A DNA stretch of 64,000 nucleotides from Anaeromyxobacteraceae bacterium (GTDB lineage: Bacteria; Myxococcota; Myxococcia; Myxococcales; Anaeromyxobacteraceae), in the NCBI GenBank assembly GCA_047602405.1, contig JASGHJ010000002.1, positions 1,472,001 through 1,536,000 of the forward strand, in the 5' to 3' direction. How positions within the stretch are numbered: position 1 is the first letter of the stretch; the number at the start of each line of letters is the position of its first letter. Of this stretch, positions 53,675-64,000 are shown in pieces. The position numbers were made by a program, and so were the translations under genes. The notes below the pieces were generated by a model. It was not told the origin of the DNA. It worked only from the letters and a program-made list of their open reading frames with translations, and ran no database searches.

Positions 53675-54997
53675 ATGAAGGCACGCCTGAGCCCCTTCGC
53701 CGCCGCCGTGCGGACGACCCTCGAGAGCCGCCACCTCGCCGGCCCTGCGGACACCGTGCTCGTCGCCCTCTCGGCGGGTCCCGACTCGACCGCGCTCGTC
53801 GCCGCCCTCGCGGAGCTCCGCGACGCCGGGGCGCTCGGGGCGGTGCTCGCCCTCCACGTCGATCACGGCCTGCGCCCCGGCGGAGAGGCCGACGCCCGCT
53901 CGGCCGGGGCGGCCTGCGAGGTCCTGGGGGTGTCCTTCCGCTCGGTGCGGGTCGAGGTGGGGTCCGGCAACGTCCAGGCCGCGGCGCGCCGGGCGCGCTA
54001 CGCGGCGCTGCGGCAGGCGGCGGCGGACGCGGGTGCGACCCGCATCGCGACGGGCCACACCCGCACCGACCAGGCGGAGACCGTGCTCATGCGCCTCCTG
54101 CGCGGGGCGGGCGCCCGCGGGCTCGCCGGCATCCCGCCGCGCCGCGGGGCGGTCATCCGGCCGCTCATCGACCGCTCCCGCGCGGAGGGGCTCGCGCACC
54201 TCGTGGCGCGCGGGCTCGCCTGGCGGGACGACCCCACGAACGCGACCCCGCGCTACCTCCGCAACCGCATCCGCCAGGCGCTCTGGCCGGCCGCGCTCGC
54301 GCTCGCGCCGCGCGCGGAGGAGGCCCTCGCGCGCGCCGCCGACCTCGCTCGCGAGGACGAGCGCGCGCTCGCGGCCCGCGCCCGCCGGCTCGTCGCCGCG
54401 GGGGATCTGGGCGCCGCGCGGCTCGCCCGGGCCCCGGCCGCGGTGCGCCGGCGCGTGGTGCGCGCGCTCTGGCGGGCCGCGGGCAGCCCGGCCCCGCTCG
54501 GCGCGGCCCACGTGGAGGCGGTGCTCGGGATCCTGGGGCCCGGGCGTCCCCGCCGCATCCGGCTCCCGGCGGGGCTCGAGGCCCGCGTGCGCGCGGGCCT
54601 CCTCGAGCTCGGCCCCCCCCGCGAGCCGGTCCGGGCGCCCCGCCCGGCGCGGGTGGAGGGGCCCGGGAGGCTGCGGTCGGGCGAGCTGGAGCTCGAGATC
54701 GAGGCGCGGCATCCGGCCGCGGTCCCCTGGCCCCTCGAGCTGCGCGGCCGCCGCCCCGGCGATCGGTTCCGGCCCGAGGGTGGCGCCGGGGCGAAGAAGC
54801 TCGCGGCCTGGCTCGTGGACCGGAAGGTGCCGCGGGACCTGCGCGACGGGCTCGTCGTGCTCGCGGCGGGCGCCGAGGTGGTCGCGGTTCCGGAGCTCGG
54901 GGTGGTCGCCGAGGGCTACGGGGCGCGCGGGGCAGGGCTGCGGGTGCGGGTGGCACACCTGCCCGGCGGGGCTCCGGACGGCCTGCAAAGCACCTGA
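53675..54997 (+). CDS. tilS: tRNA(Ile)-lysidine synthetase
   Basis: VALSAGPDS, HVDHGLR, ARRARY, TGHTRTDQAETVL, IRPL, DPTN, RNRIR. Confidence 0.93.
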   Translation: MKARLSPFAAAVRTTLESRHLAGPADTVLVALSAGPDSTALVAALAELRDAGALGAVLALHVDHGLRPGGEADARSAGAACEVLGVSFRSVRVEVGSGNVQAAARRARYAALRQAAADAGATRIATGHTRTDQAETVLMRLLRGAGARGLAGIPPRRGAVIRPLIDRSRAEGLAHLVARGLAWRDDPTNATPRYLRNRIRQALWPAALALAPRAEEALARAADLAREDERALAARARRLVAAGDLGAARLARAPAAVRRRVVRALWRAAGSPAPLGAAHVEAVLGILGPGRPRRIRLPAGLEARVRAGLLELGPPREPVRAPRPARVEGPGRLRSGELELEIEARHPAAVPWPLELRGRRPGDRFRPEGGAGAKKLAAWLVDRKVPRDLRDGLVVLAAGAEVVAVPELGVVAEGYGARGAGLRVRVAHLPGGAPDGLQST

Positions 54998-55011
54998 TGG
55001 GCTGCTATAAC
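54983..55011 (+). promoter_or_regulatory. Putative sigma70 promoter of ftsH (extended -10)
   Basis: CTGCAA-N17-TATAAC with a TG extension (TGCTATAAC). Confidence 0.4.
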
Positions 55012-55132
55012 CACCGGACGGGCCTGGAAGACTCGGCTCCGCTGGGACCAGGAGAGGCTTCGAGGGCGCGGGCTGGAACACCCGCGCCCGCCCGGCGGTT
55101 CCGAGACGGCGCTCCAGGAAAGGGAACCTCGC

Positions 55133-57037
55133 TTGCGACAGTCACACAAGACCGCGCTGCTCTGGGTCTTCCTCATCGTCATGGTGCTCGCGCTGTTCAG
55201 CTACATGAGCCAGAAGCAGGCCGATCCGTACAAGGACTGGTCCGAGTTCATGAAGCGGGTGGAGGCGGGCGAGGTCGAGTCCGTCGCCGTCAAGGACCTC
55301 GAGTACATCGCGACGATGAAGGACAAGGCCGCGAAGCCGATGAAGAGCATCGGCCCGCCCGACCTCTCGGCGAACATCTCCGAGCGGCTGCGCACCGCGG
55401 GCGTCGCGGTCAAGTACGAGAAGAGCGACCAGGGCTCGATCTGGGTCACGGTCATGCTGCAGTGGCTCCCGCTCGTGCTGCTCATGCTGCTGTTCTTCTT
55501 CTTCATGCGGCAGCTGCAGTCGGGCGGCGGCAAGGCCATGAGCTTCGGCAAGTCGCGCGCGAAGCTGATGACCGAGCACCACAACAAGATCACCTTCGCC
55601 GACGTCGCGGGCATCGACGAGTCGAAGGACGAGCTCGAGGAGATCATCTCCTTCCTGAAGGACCCGAAGAAGTTCACGCGCCTCGGCGGCCGCATCCCGA
55701 AGGGCGTGCTGCTCATGGGCCCCCCGGGCACCGGCAAGACGCTGCTCGCGCGCGCGGTCGCCGGCGAGGCGGGCGTGCCGTTCTTCTCGATCTCCGGCTC
55801 CGACTTCGTGGAGATGTTCGTGGGCGTCGGCGCCTCCCGCGTCCGCGACCTCTTCGAGCAGGGCAAGAAGAACGCCCCCTGCATCATCTTCATCGACGAG
55901 ATCGACGCGGTCGGCCGCCACCGCGGCGCCGGCCTCGGCGGCGGGCACGACGAGCGCGAGCAGACCCTCAACCAGCTCCTCGTGGAGATGGACGGCTTCG
56001 AGTCGAACGAGGGCGTCATCCTCATTGCCGCGACGAACCGGCCCGACGTGCTCGACCCGGCGCTGCTCCGGCCCGGCCGCTTCGACCGCCGCATCGTGGT
56101 GCCGCGCCCGGACCTCAACGGCCGGCTCGGCATCCTCAAGGTCCACACCAAGAAGACGCCGCTCGAGCCGTCGGTCGACCTCGTGCAGATCGCCCGCGGC
56201 ACGCCCGGCTTCTCCGGCGCCGACATCGAGAACCTCGTGAACGAGGCGGCGCTCTACGCGGCCCGCCGCAACCGCGAGCGGCTCGCGACCGACGACTTCG
56301 AGTTCGCGAAGGACAAGGTGCTCATGGGCACCGAGCGCCGCTCGATGTTCATCTCCGAGAAGGAGAAGCGCACCACCGCCATCCACGAGGCGGGCCACGC
56401 GCTCGTCGCGCGGGTCATCCCGGGCACCGACCCGGTGCACAAGGTGACGATCATCCCCCGCGGCCGGGCCCTGGGCCTCACCCAGCAGCTCCCGCAGGAG
56501 GATCGGCTCAACCTCTCCCAGGAGTTCGCGACGAACCAGGTCGCGATCCTCATGGGCGGCCGGCTCGCCGAGGAGATCACCTTCAACCAGCGCACCACCG
56601 GCGCGGGCAACGACATCGAGGTCGCCACGAACCTCGCGCGCTCGATGGTCTGCGAGTGGGGCATGAGCGAGAAGATGGGCCCGCTCGCCTTCGGCAAGAA
56701 GGAGGGCGAGGTGTTCCTCGGCCGCGAGATGGGCACGGTGCAGACCTTCTCCGAGCAGACCGCCCGCGACATCGACGCGGAGGTCCACCGGATCGTGACC
56801 GAGCAGTACGACCGGGCGAAGAAGATCCTCCTCGAGCACCAGGCGATCCTGAACGCCATCGCCGACGCGCTCATGGAGCACGAGACCCTCGACACGAACG
56901 ACATCGACGTCATCATGAAGGGCGGCAAGATCGACCGCCCGCCGCCCGCGAAGCCCGTCGCGGCCGCGCAGGGCGAGAAGAAGAAGCTCGGCCTCCTCGA
57001 CACGGCCGCGGCCGTCCCGGCCGCCGGCAAGGCCTAG
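55133..57037 (+). CDS. ftsH: ATP-dependent zinc metalloprotease FtsH
   Basis: Two TM helices, GPPGTGKT Walker A, FIDEIDA, second region of homology, HEAGH zinc motif; TTG start. Confidence 0.97.
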   Translation: MRQSHKTALLWVFLIVMVLALFSYMSQKQADPYKDWSEFMKRVEAGEVESVAVKDLEYIATMKDKAAKPMKSIGPPDLSANISERLRTAGVAVKYEKSDQGSIWVTVMLQWLPLVLLMLLFFFFMRQLQSGGGKAMSFGKSRAKLMTEHHNKITFADVAGIDESKDELEEIISFLKDPKKFTRLGGRIPKGVLLMGPPGTGKTLLARAVAGEAGVPFFSISGSDFVEMFVGVGASRVRDLFEQGKKNAPCIIFIDEIDAVGRHRGAGLGGGHDEREQTLNQLLVEMDGFESNEGVILIAATNRPDVLDPALLRPGRFDRRIVVPRPDLNGRLGILKVHTKKTPLEPSVDLVQIARGTPGFSGADIENLVNEAALYAARRNRERLATDDFEFAKDKVLMGTERRSMFISEKEKRTTAIHEAGHALVARVIPGTDPVHKVTIIPRGRALGLTQQLPQEDRLNLSQEFATNQVAILMGGRLAEEITFNQRTTGAGNDIEVATNLARSMVCEWGMSEKMGPLAFGKKEGEVFLGREMGTVQTFSEQTARDIDAEVHRIVTEQYDRAKKILLEHQAILNAIADALMEHETLDTNDIDVIMKGGKIDRPPPAKPVAAAQGEKKKLGLLDTAAAVPAAGKA

Positions 57038-57053
57038 CGGGCGGGGAGCGCGC

Positions 57054-57908
57054 GTGGAGCTGCGCATGCGGGCCCGGACCCTCGCGGGGCCGGGCCCGTT
57101 CCTCATGGGCGTCGTGAACGCGACGCCCGACTCGTTCTCCGACGGCGGGCGCTACCTCGCCGCCGCGGACGCGGTCGCCCACGGGCTGCGGCTCGCCGGG
57201 GAGGGCGCCGACCTCCTCGACGTGGGTGGGGAGTCGACGCGCCCGGGCTCGGCGCGGGTGCCGGAGGCCGAGCAGATCGCCCGGGTGGTCCCGGTGGTGG
57301 AGGGCCTGAGGGCCCGGGGGCTCGCGCTCCCGATCTCGGTCGACACCACCCGCGCCGCCGTCGCCCGCGCCGCCCTCGAGGCCGGCGCGGACCTCGTGAA
57401 CGACGTCTCCGGGCTCTCCGACGACCCGGCGCTGGGGGCGGTGGTGGCCGCGGCGGGCGCCGGGCTCGTGCTCATGCACATGCGGGGGACGCCGGCCGAC
57501 ATGCAGACCCGGGCGGTGTACGGCGACGTCGTCCTCGAGGTCGCGGCCGAGCTGCGCCTCGCGCTCGGCCGGGCGGAGGCCGCGGGCGTCCCGGCGGACC
57601 TCGTCGTGCTCGACCCGGGGATCGGCTTCGCGAAGACCGCCGCCCAGAGCGTGGAGCTCCTCGCGCGCGTCCGGGAGCTCAGGGCGCTCGGCCGGCCGCT
57701 CCTCGTCGGCCCCTCCCGCAAGAGCTTCATCGGGCAGCTCACCGGGGCCCCGGTGGAGGACCGGCTGCCCGGGACGCTCGCCGCCGTCGCACAGTGCGTG
57801 CTCGCGGGGGTGGAGCTCCTCCGGGTGCACGACGTCGCACCCGCACGGCAGGCGGCCCGCGTGGCGCGCGCCGTCCGGGACGCGACCCCGGGGCCGGACC
57901 CGGGCTAG
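57054..57908 (+). CDS. folP: Dihydropteroate synthase
   Basis: [43 protein letters not shown]. Confidence 0.96.
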   Translation: MELRMRARTLAGPGPFLMGVVNATPDSFSDGGRYLAAADAVAHGLRLAGEGADLLDVGGESTRPGSARVPEAEQIARVVPVVEGLRARGLALPISVDTTRAAVARAALEAGADLVNDVSGLSDDPALGAVVAAAGAGLVLMHMRGTPADMQTRAVYGDVVLEVAAELRLALGRAEAAGVPADLVVLDPGIGFAKTAAQSVELLARVRELRALGRPLLVGPSRKSFIGQLTGAPVEDRLPGTLAAVAQCVLAGVELLRVHDVAPARQAARVARAVRDATPGPDPG

Positions 57909-57921
57909 ACTGCGCGCGCCC

Positions 57922-59382
57922 ATGGCCACCACGACCTCGATCCACAGGAACGGCGCCGCCCCGGCGCCGGCCCGGAACACCGTCTCCGCCGCCGCGCCCG
58001 CCCCGAAGCCCGTCGTCCGCGAGCGGAAGCTCTTCGGCACGGACGGCGTCCGGGGCGTCGCGAACGTCCACCCGATGACCTCGGAGATGGCGCTCTCCCT
58101 CGGCCGGGCCCTGGCGTTCATGGTCCGCAACGGCCCGCATCGCCACCGCATCGTGGTGGGGAAGGACACCCGGCTCTCCGGCTACATGCTCGAGCAGGCC
58201 ATCGCCTCGGGCATCTCGTCGATGGGCGTCGACGTCATGCTCTCCGGCCCGCTCCCGACGCCGGGCATCGCCTTCCTGACCGAGTCGATGCGCGCCGACG
58301 CCGGCGTCGTCATCAGCGCGAGCCACAACCCGTACCAGGACAACGGCATCAAGTTCTTCTCCCGGGACGGCTTCAAGCTGCCCGACGAGGTCGAGCTCGA
58401 GATCGAGCGGCTCGTGCTCGGCGAGGACCGGCAGGAGGCGTTCCACGGCTTCAGGCCCACCGCGAACCGCATCGGCAAGGCGAAGCGCATCGACGACGCC
58501 ATCGGCCGCTACGTGGTGTTCCTGAAGTCCATCTTCCCGAAGGACCTCACCCTCGACGGCATGACGGTGGTGGTGGACTGCGGCCACGGCGCCGCCTACC
58601 AGGTCGCCCCGGCGGTGCTCGAGGAGCTCGGCGCGAAGGTCGTGCCGCTCAACGTGAAGCCGGACGGCAAGAACATCAACGACGGCTGCGGCGCGGTGCA
58701 CCCCGAGGGCATGGCGAAGGCCATCCAGCGCCACGGCGCCGACCTCGGGCTCGCCCTCGACGGCGACGCCGACCGCGTGATCCTCGCCGACGAGAAGGGC
58801 CGGGTGGTCGACGGCGACGCCATCATGGCGATCGTCGGGCGCGCGCTCGCGTCCCGCAAGCTCCTCGCGAAGAACACCGTGGTCGCGACCGTCATGTCGA
58901 GCCTCGGCCTCGAGCGGGCGCTCGCGCCGGTGAAGGCGAAGGTCGTCCGCACCCCCGTCGGCGACCGGTACGTCGTCGAGGCGATGCGCAAGCACGGCTA
59001 CAACTTCGGCGGCGAGCAGTCCGGCCACCTCATCTTCCTCGACCACGTCACGACCGGCGACGGCGTGGCGGCCGCGCTCAACGTCCTCGCGGTCATGCGC
59101 CGCGAGGGGAGGTCGCTCTCCGAGCTCGCCCGGTGCTTCGAGCCGGTCCCCCAGGCGCTCGTGAACGTCCCCGTCCGGGAGCGCCGGGCGCTCTCGGCGC
59201 TGCCGGCGGTCGGGAAGGCGATCTCCGCCGTCGAGAAGGCGCTCGGGAAGGACGGCCGGGTGCTGGTCCGGATGAGCGGCACCGAGGCCAAGGTGCGGGT
59301 GCTCGTGGAGGGGCCGGAGGCGAAGAAGGTGAAGGCCCACGCCGAGACCATCGCCGAGGCCATCCGCAAGGAGATCGGGTAG
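57922..59382 (+). CDS. glmM: Phosphoglucosamine mutase
   Basis: [35 protein letters not shown]. Confidence 0.96.
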   Translation: MATTTSIHRNGAAPAPARNTVSAAAPAPKPVVRERKLFGTDGVRGVANVHPMTSEMALSLGRALAFMVRNGPHRHRIVVGKDTRLSGYMLEQAIASGISSMGVDVMLSGPLPTPGIAFLTESMRADAGVVISASHNPYQDNGIKFFSRDGFKLPDEVELEIERLVLGEDRQEAFHGFRPTANRIGKAKRIDDAIGRYVVFLKSIFPKDLTLDGMTVVVDCGHGAAYQVAPAVLEELGAKVVPLNVKPDGKNINDGCGAVHPEGMAKAIQRHGADLGLALDGDADRVILADEKGRVVDGDAIMAIVGRALASRKLLAKNTVVATVMSSLGLERALAPVKAKVVRTPVGDRYVVEAMRKHGYNFGGEQSGHLIFLDHVTTGDGVAAALNVLAVMRREGRSLSELARCFEPVPQALVNVPVRERRALSALPAVGKAISAVEKALGKDGRVLVRMSGTEAKVRVLVEGPEAKKVKAHAETIAEAIRKEIG

Positions 59383-59391
59383 GCTCCCCCC

Positions 59392-60120
59392 ATGCCCGCT
59401 CGCCTGGGAGTCAACGTCGACCACGTCGCGACCCTGCGGCAGATGCGCCGCACGCCGTACCCGGACCCGGTCGCGGCCGCGGTGCTCGCCGAGCTCGCCG
59501 GCGCCGACCAGATCACCATCCACCTGCGGGAGGACCGCCGGCACATCCAGGACCGGGACCTGCAGGTGCTGCGGAAGACCGTCTCGACCCGCCTCAACCT
59601 CGAGATGGCCGCCACCCAGGAGATGGTGCGGGTCGCCTACGAGGTGAAGCCGGACATGGTGACGCTCGTGCCCGAGCGGCGCGAGGAGCTCACCACCGAG
59701 GGGGGGCTCGACGTCGTGGGCGGGCGCGACGGCCTCCGGAAGATCGTGAAGACGCTCCGCGACGCGGAGATCACCGTCTCGCTCTTCATCGACCCCGACC
59801 TCGACCAGGTGAAGGCCGCCCACCGCGCGGAGGCCCAGGTGGTCGAGCTCCACACCGGACGCTTCTGCGACGCCCGGCTCGCCACCGACCGGGCGCGGGA
59901 GCTCGAGCGCATCGTGGACGCCTGCAAGGCCTCCTCGAAGCTCGGCCTGGGGGTCGCGGCCGGGCACGGCCTCCACTACGGCAACGTGCAGGACGTCGCC
60001 CGCATCGACGAGGTGGAGGAGCTCAACATCGGCCACTCCATCGTCTCGCGGGCGGTGCTCGTGGGGCTCGAGCGGGCGGTGCGGGAGATGAAGGAGCTCA
60101 TCGCCGCCGCGCGGGGCTAG
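59392..60120 (+). CDS. pdxJ: Pyridoxine 5'-phosphate synthase
   Basis: [47 protein letters not shown]. Confidence 0.97.
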   Translation: MPARLGVNVDHVATLRQMRRTPYPDPVAAAVLAELAGADQITIHLREDRRHIQDRDLQVLRKTVSTRLNLEMAATQEMVRVAYEVKPDMVTLVPERREELTTEGGLDVVGGRDGLRKIVKTLRDAEITVSLFIDPDLDQVKAAHRAEAQVVELHTGRFCDARLATDRARELERIVDACKASSKLGLGVAAGHGLHYGNVQDVARIDEVEELNIGHSIVSRAVLVGLERAVREMKELIAAARG

Positions 60121-60135
60121 GGGAGGGAGCGTCCG

Positions 60136-60512
60136 GTGATCGTGGGCCTGGGCCTGGACCTCGTCGAGATCGCCCGGATCCGCCGGATCCTGGAGGGTCC
60201 GCCCGAGACCGCGGAGCGCTTCCTCGCGCGCTGCTTCACGCCCGGGGAGCGCGCCTACTGCGAGACCGGCGACCGCGCCGCGCGCCTCGCCGCGCGCTTC
60301 GCCGCGAAGGAGGCCGCCTCGAAGGCGCTCGGCGTGCCGAAGGGGATCGGCTTCCTCGACGTGGAGGTCGTCCCGGCCGAGGGCGGCCCGCCCGCGCTGC
60401 GCCTCGACGGGGTGGCGTCCCGGGCGGCCGCGGCGCTCGGCGTCTCCCGCGCGCTCCTCACCCTCACGCACGACGGCGGCGTGGCCGCGGCGGTGGTGGT
60501 CCTGGAGGGGCG

Positions 60513-60516
<4 letters not shown>
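60136..60516 (+). CDS. acpS: Holo-[acyl-carrier-protein] synthase
   Basis: GLGLDLVEIARI, ARFAAKEA, LTLTHDG. Confidence 0.93.
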
Positions 60517-62044
<1,528 letters not shown>

Positions 62045-62048
<4 letters not shown>

Positions 62049-62581
62049 CCGCCGTCGAGGCCGCGCTCCGGACCCGCTCCGCCGCCGCCACCCGGGCGCT
62101 GGGGGAGCGGCTCGGGAAGCTGCTCCGGCCGGGCGACGCCGTGGCCCTCCTCGGCGACCTCGGCGCGGGGAAGACCCAGCTCGTGCGCGGCATCTGCCGG
62201 GGCGCCGGCGTGCCGGATGACGAGGTCTCCTCGCCCACGTTCGCCATCGTGGCCACCTACCGGGGCCGGCTGCCGGTCTTCCACGCCGACCTCTACCGCA
62301 TCGCCGACGAGGACGAGCTCTTCGCGACGGGCTTCGGCGATCTCGTGGGCGGGGAGGGGGCGCTGCTCGTGGAGTGGGCGGACCGGATCCCCGGGGCGCT
62401 CCCTGAGGAGCGGCTCACGCTCCGGCTCGCGCACCACCCCCGCCTGCCCGACGTGCGGACCGTGGCCGTGGAGGGGCGGGGCACGCGCCACGCCGCGCTG
62501 GCCCGGGCCCTCGCGGCCCCGCCTGCGCGCACGCGCGCGCGGTCCTCGACCGCCCGTCCGCGCCGGCCGAAGAAGCGGTAG
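62045..62581 (+). CDS. tsaE: tRNA threonylcarbamoyladenosine biosynthesis ATPase
   Basis: GDLGAGKT, VSSPTF, HADLYR, VEW. Confidence 0.94.
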
Positions 62582-62628
62582 ATCCTTTTCGCGGTCCGCG
62601 CGTCTCTCTCCCGCAGGAGGAATCACCC

Positions 62629-64000
62629 GTGAGAACTGCCCTCGTGCTCGCCCTCGCCACCGCCGCCGGCGCCAGCCGGATGGCCGGCGCCAGCGACATC
62701 CCCGCCGCCTCCCGCGTCGACGCGGTCACCGTCTACCGCCAGGGCGCGCGCGTCACGCGCGTCGCGAAGGTCGAGCTGCCGGGCGGCGCCGCCCGGATCC
62801 TGCTCGACGGCCTGCCGCTCGAGCTCGACGACGACTCGATCCGCGTGGACGGCCGGGGCACCCGGGCGAAGGTCTTCGGCGTCACCGCGGAGGTGATCAC
62901 GGCCGCCGGGACCGTCGCGGCGGAGGCCCGCGCGCTCGAGCAGCGGCTCGAGGCGCTGCAGGACGAGGACCGGGGCCTCGTCGACCGCATCCAGGCCGCC
63001 CAGGCCCGCGCGCGGTTCGTGGAGTCGCTCCGCTCGACCTACTCCGAGGAGCGGGCGAAGAACCTCGCCGTGCGCCCGGTCACGGCGAAGGAGTGGAGCG
63101 ACCTCGCCGGGTTCGTGGAGTCGGCGCTCGCCGGGTCCTCCGGCCAGGTCCGCAAGGCCGAGGCCGCCCGCCGGGAGCTCGCGCGGAAGCTCGAGCAGGC
63201 CCGGGCCGACCTCGAGAAGGTGAACGCCAAGCGCGGCGCCGCGATGAAGCGCGTGGCGGTGGAGGTCGAGTCCGACCGGGCCGGCCCGCTCGAGCTCGCG
63301 ATTCTCCTACGCGGTGGGGCAGGCCGGCTGGCAGCCGATCTGGGACGCCCGGCTCGACGCCGACGCCTCGACGATGAACCTCGCGTTCCTCGGCTCGGTC
63401 TGGAACCGCACCGGCGAGGACTGGGCGAGCGTCGCCCTCGCGGTCTCGACGGCGCAGCCGCAGCGCGGGCTGTACGTGCCGGAGGTCGCCTCCCGCTGGC
63501 TCGAGCGGTTCGTGCCGCCGCCCCCGTACGCCGCCGCGCCGGCGGCGCCGATGGCGAAGGCGGCCCGCAAGGCCACCGCCCCCGTCGCGGCCGAGGCCGC
63601 ACAGGACCGGCTCGAGGAAGAGGAGGGCGGCGTCGTCGGCCGGATGCAGGCCGCGCCGGCCACGGCGGAGGCCGGCCTGCTCTCGGCGACCTTCAAGGCC
63701 CCGCGCCGCGAGACCGTCGACGGCGCGGGCCAGGCCCGCAAGGTGTCGCTCGCGACCTTCCCCCTCAGGGCGGAGCTCGTCCGCATCGCCGCGCCGCGGA
63801 ACGAGGAGGCGGCCTTCCTCGTCGCGAAGGCGGTCAACGAGACCGGCTTCCCGCTCCTCGCGGGGTCGGCGGGCGTGTACGTCGGCGACGAGTTCGTCGG
63901 CCGCGCCGCCCTGCCGGCGACGCCGCCCGGCGGCGAGATCGAGCTCGCGTTCGGCGCCGACGATCGCGTCGAGGTCGCGCGCAAGGTGCTCGAGCGCCGG
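62629..64000 (+). CDS. DUF4140/DUF4139 (MuiA-like) exported protein, 3'-truncated by window edge; one extra base near 63302
   Basis: AGGAGG RBS, signal peptide, SRVDAVTVYRQGARVTR, coiled coil; corrected SYAVGQAGWQPIWDARL...NRTGEDW...VSTAQP...PLLAG...FVG. Confidence 0.8.
   Translation, partial: MRTALVLALATAAGASRMAGASDIPAASRVDAVTVYRQGARVTRVAKVELPGGAARILLDGLPLELDDDSIRVDGRGTRAKVFGVTAEVITAAGTVAAEARALEQRLEALQDEDRGLVDRIQAAQARARFVESLRSTYSEERAKNLAVRPVTAKEWSDLAGFVESALAGSSGQVRKAEAARRELARKLEQARADLEKVNAKRGAAMKRVAVEVESDRAGPLELAILLRGGAGRLAADLGRPARRRRLDDEPRVPRLGLEPHRRGLGERRPRGLDGAAAARAVRAGGRLPLARAVRAAAPVRRRAGGADGEGGPQGHRPRRGRGRTGPARGRGGRRRRPDAGRAGHGGGRPALGDLQGPAPRDRRRRGPGPQGVARDLPPQGGARPHRRAAERGGGLPRREGGQRDRLPAPRGVGGRVRRRRVRRPRRPAGDAARRRDRARVRRRRSRRGRAQGARAP

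Overview
Very GC-rich, densely coded chromosomal segment. Gene content (CdbA/TIGR04563-type small protein next to tilS-ftsH, myxobacterial lipoproteins, Ech hydrogenase, NrfC/NrfD) points to an Anaeromyxobacter-like member of Myxococcota; this is an inference. In order: end of an NrfC/NrfD + cytochrome c redox unit; a tRNA-modification operon (DTW/TapT-like gene, then a TGT fused to an MnmC/MnmD-type methyltransferase, then a YheT-like hydrolase); an MCP, a lipoprotein, a D-cysteine desulfhydrase and a patatin; a sigma54-type promoter ahead of a receiver gene and echABCDEF [NiFe] hydrogenase, divergent from a [FeFe]-hydrogenase-like Fe-S histidine kinase and a hybrid kinase; Gly-rich and collagen/tail-collar surface proteins; a hydroxyproline catabolic operon with a PAS-AraC regulator; a ~1550-aa acyl-CoA-synthetase/kinase-like/GNAT protein in line with homocitrate synthase and an EamA exporter; cca, mnmA; lysine-fermentation genes (kamD, kamE, kal, kce); PilZ, outer-membrane, TPR and CdbA-like genes; a candidate sRNA; and the housekeeping run tilS-ftsH-folP-glmM-pdxJ-acpS-nnr-tsaE plus a DUF4139 gene. 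Eight single-base insertions break seven otherwise intact genes, and all fall in GATC or GCTCTTC contexts, most likely methylation-linked sequencing errors. No rRNA, tRNA, CRISPR array or transposase was recognised. All product calls come from motif recognition by eye, with no database searches.
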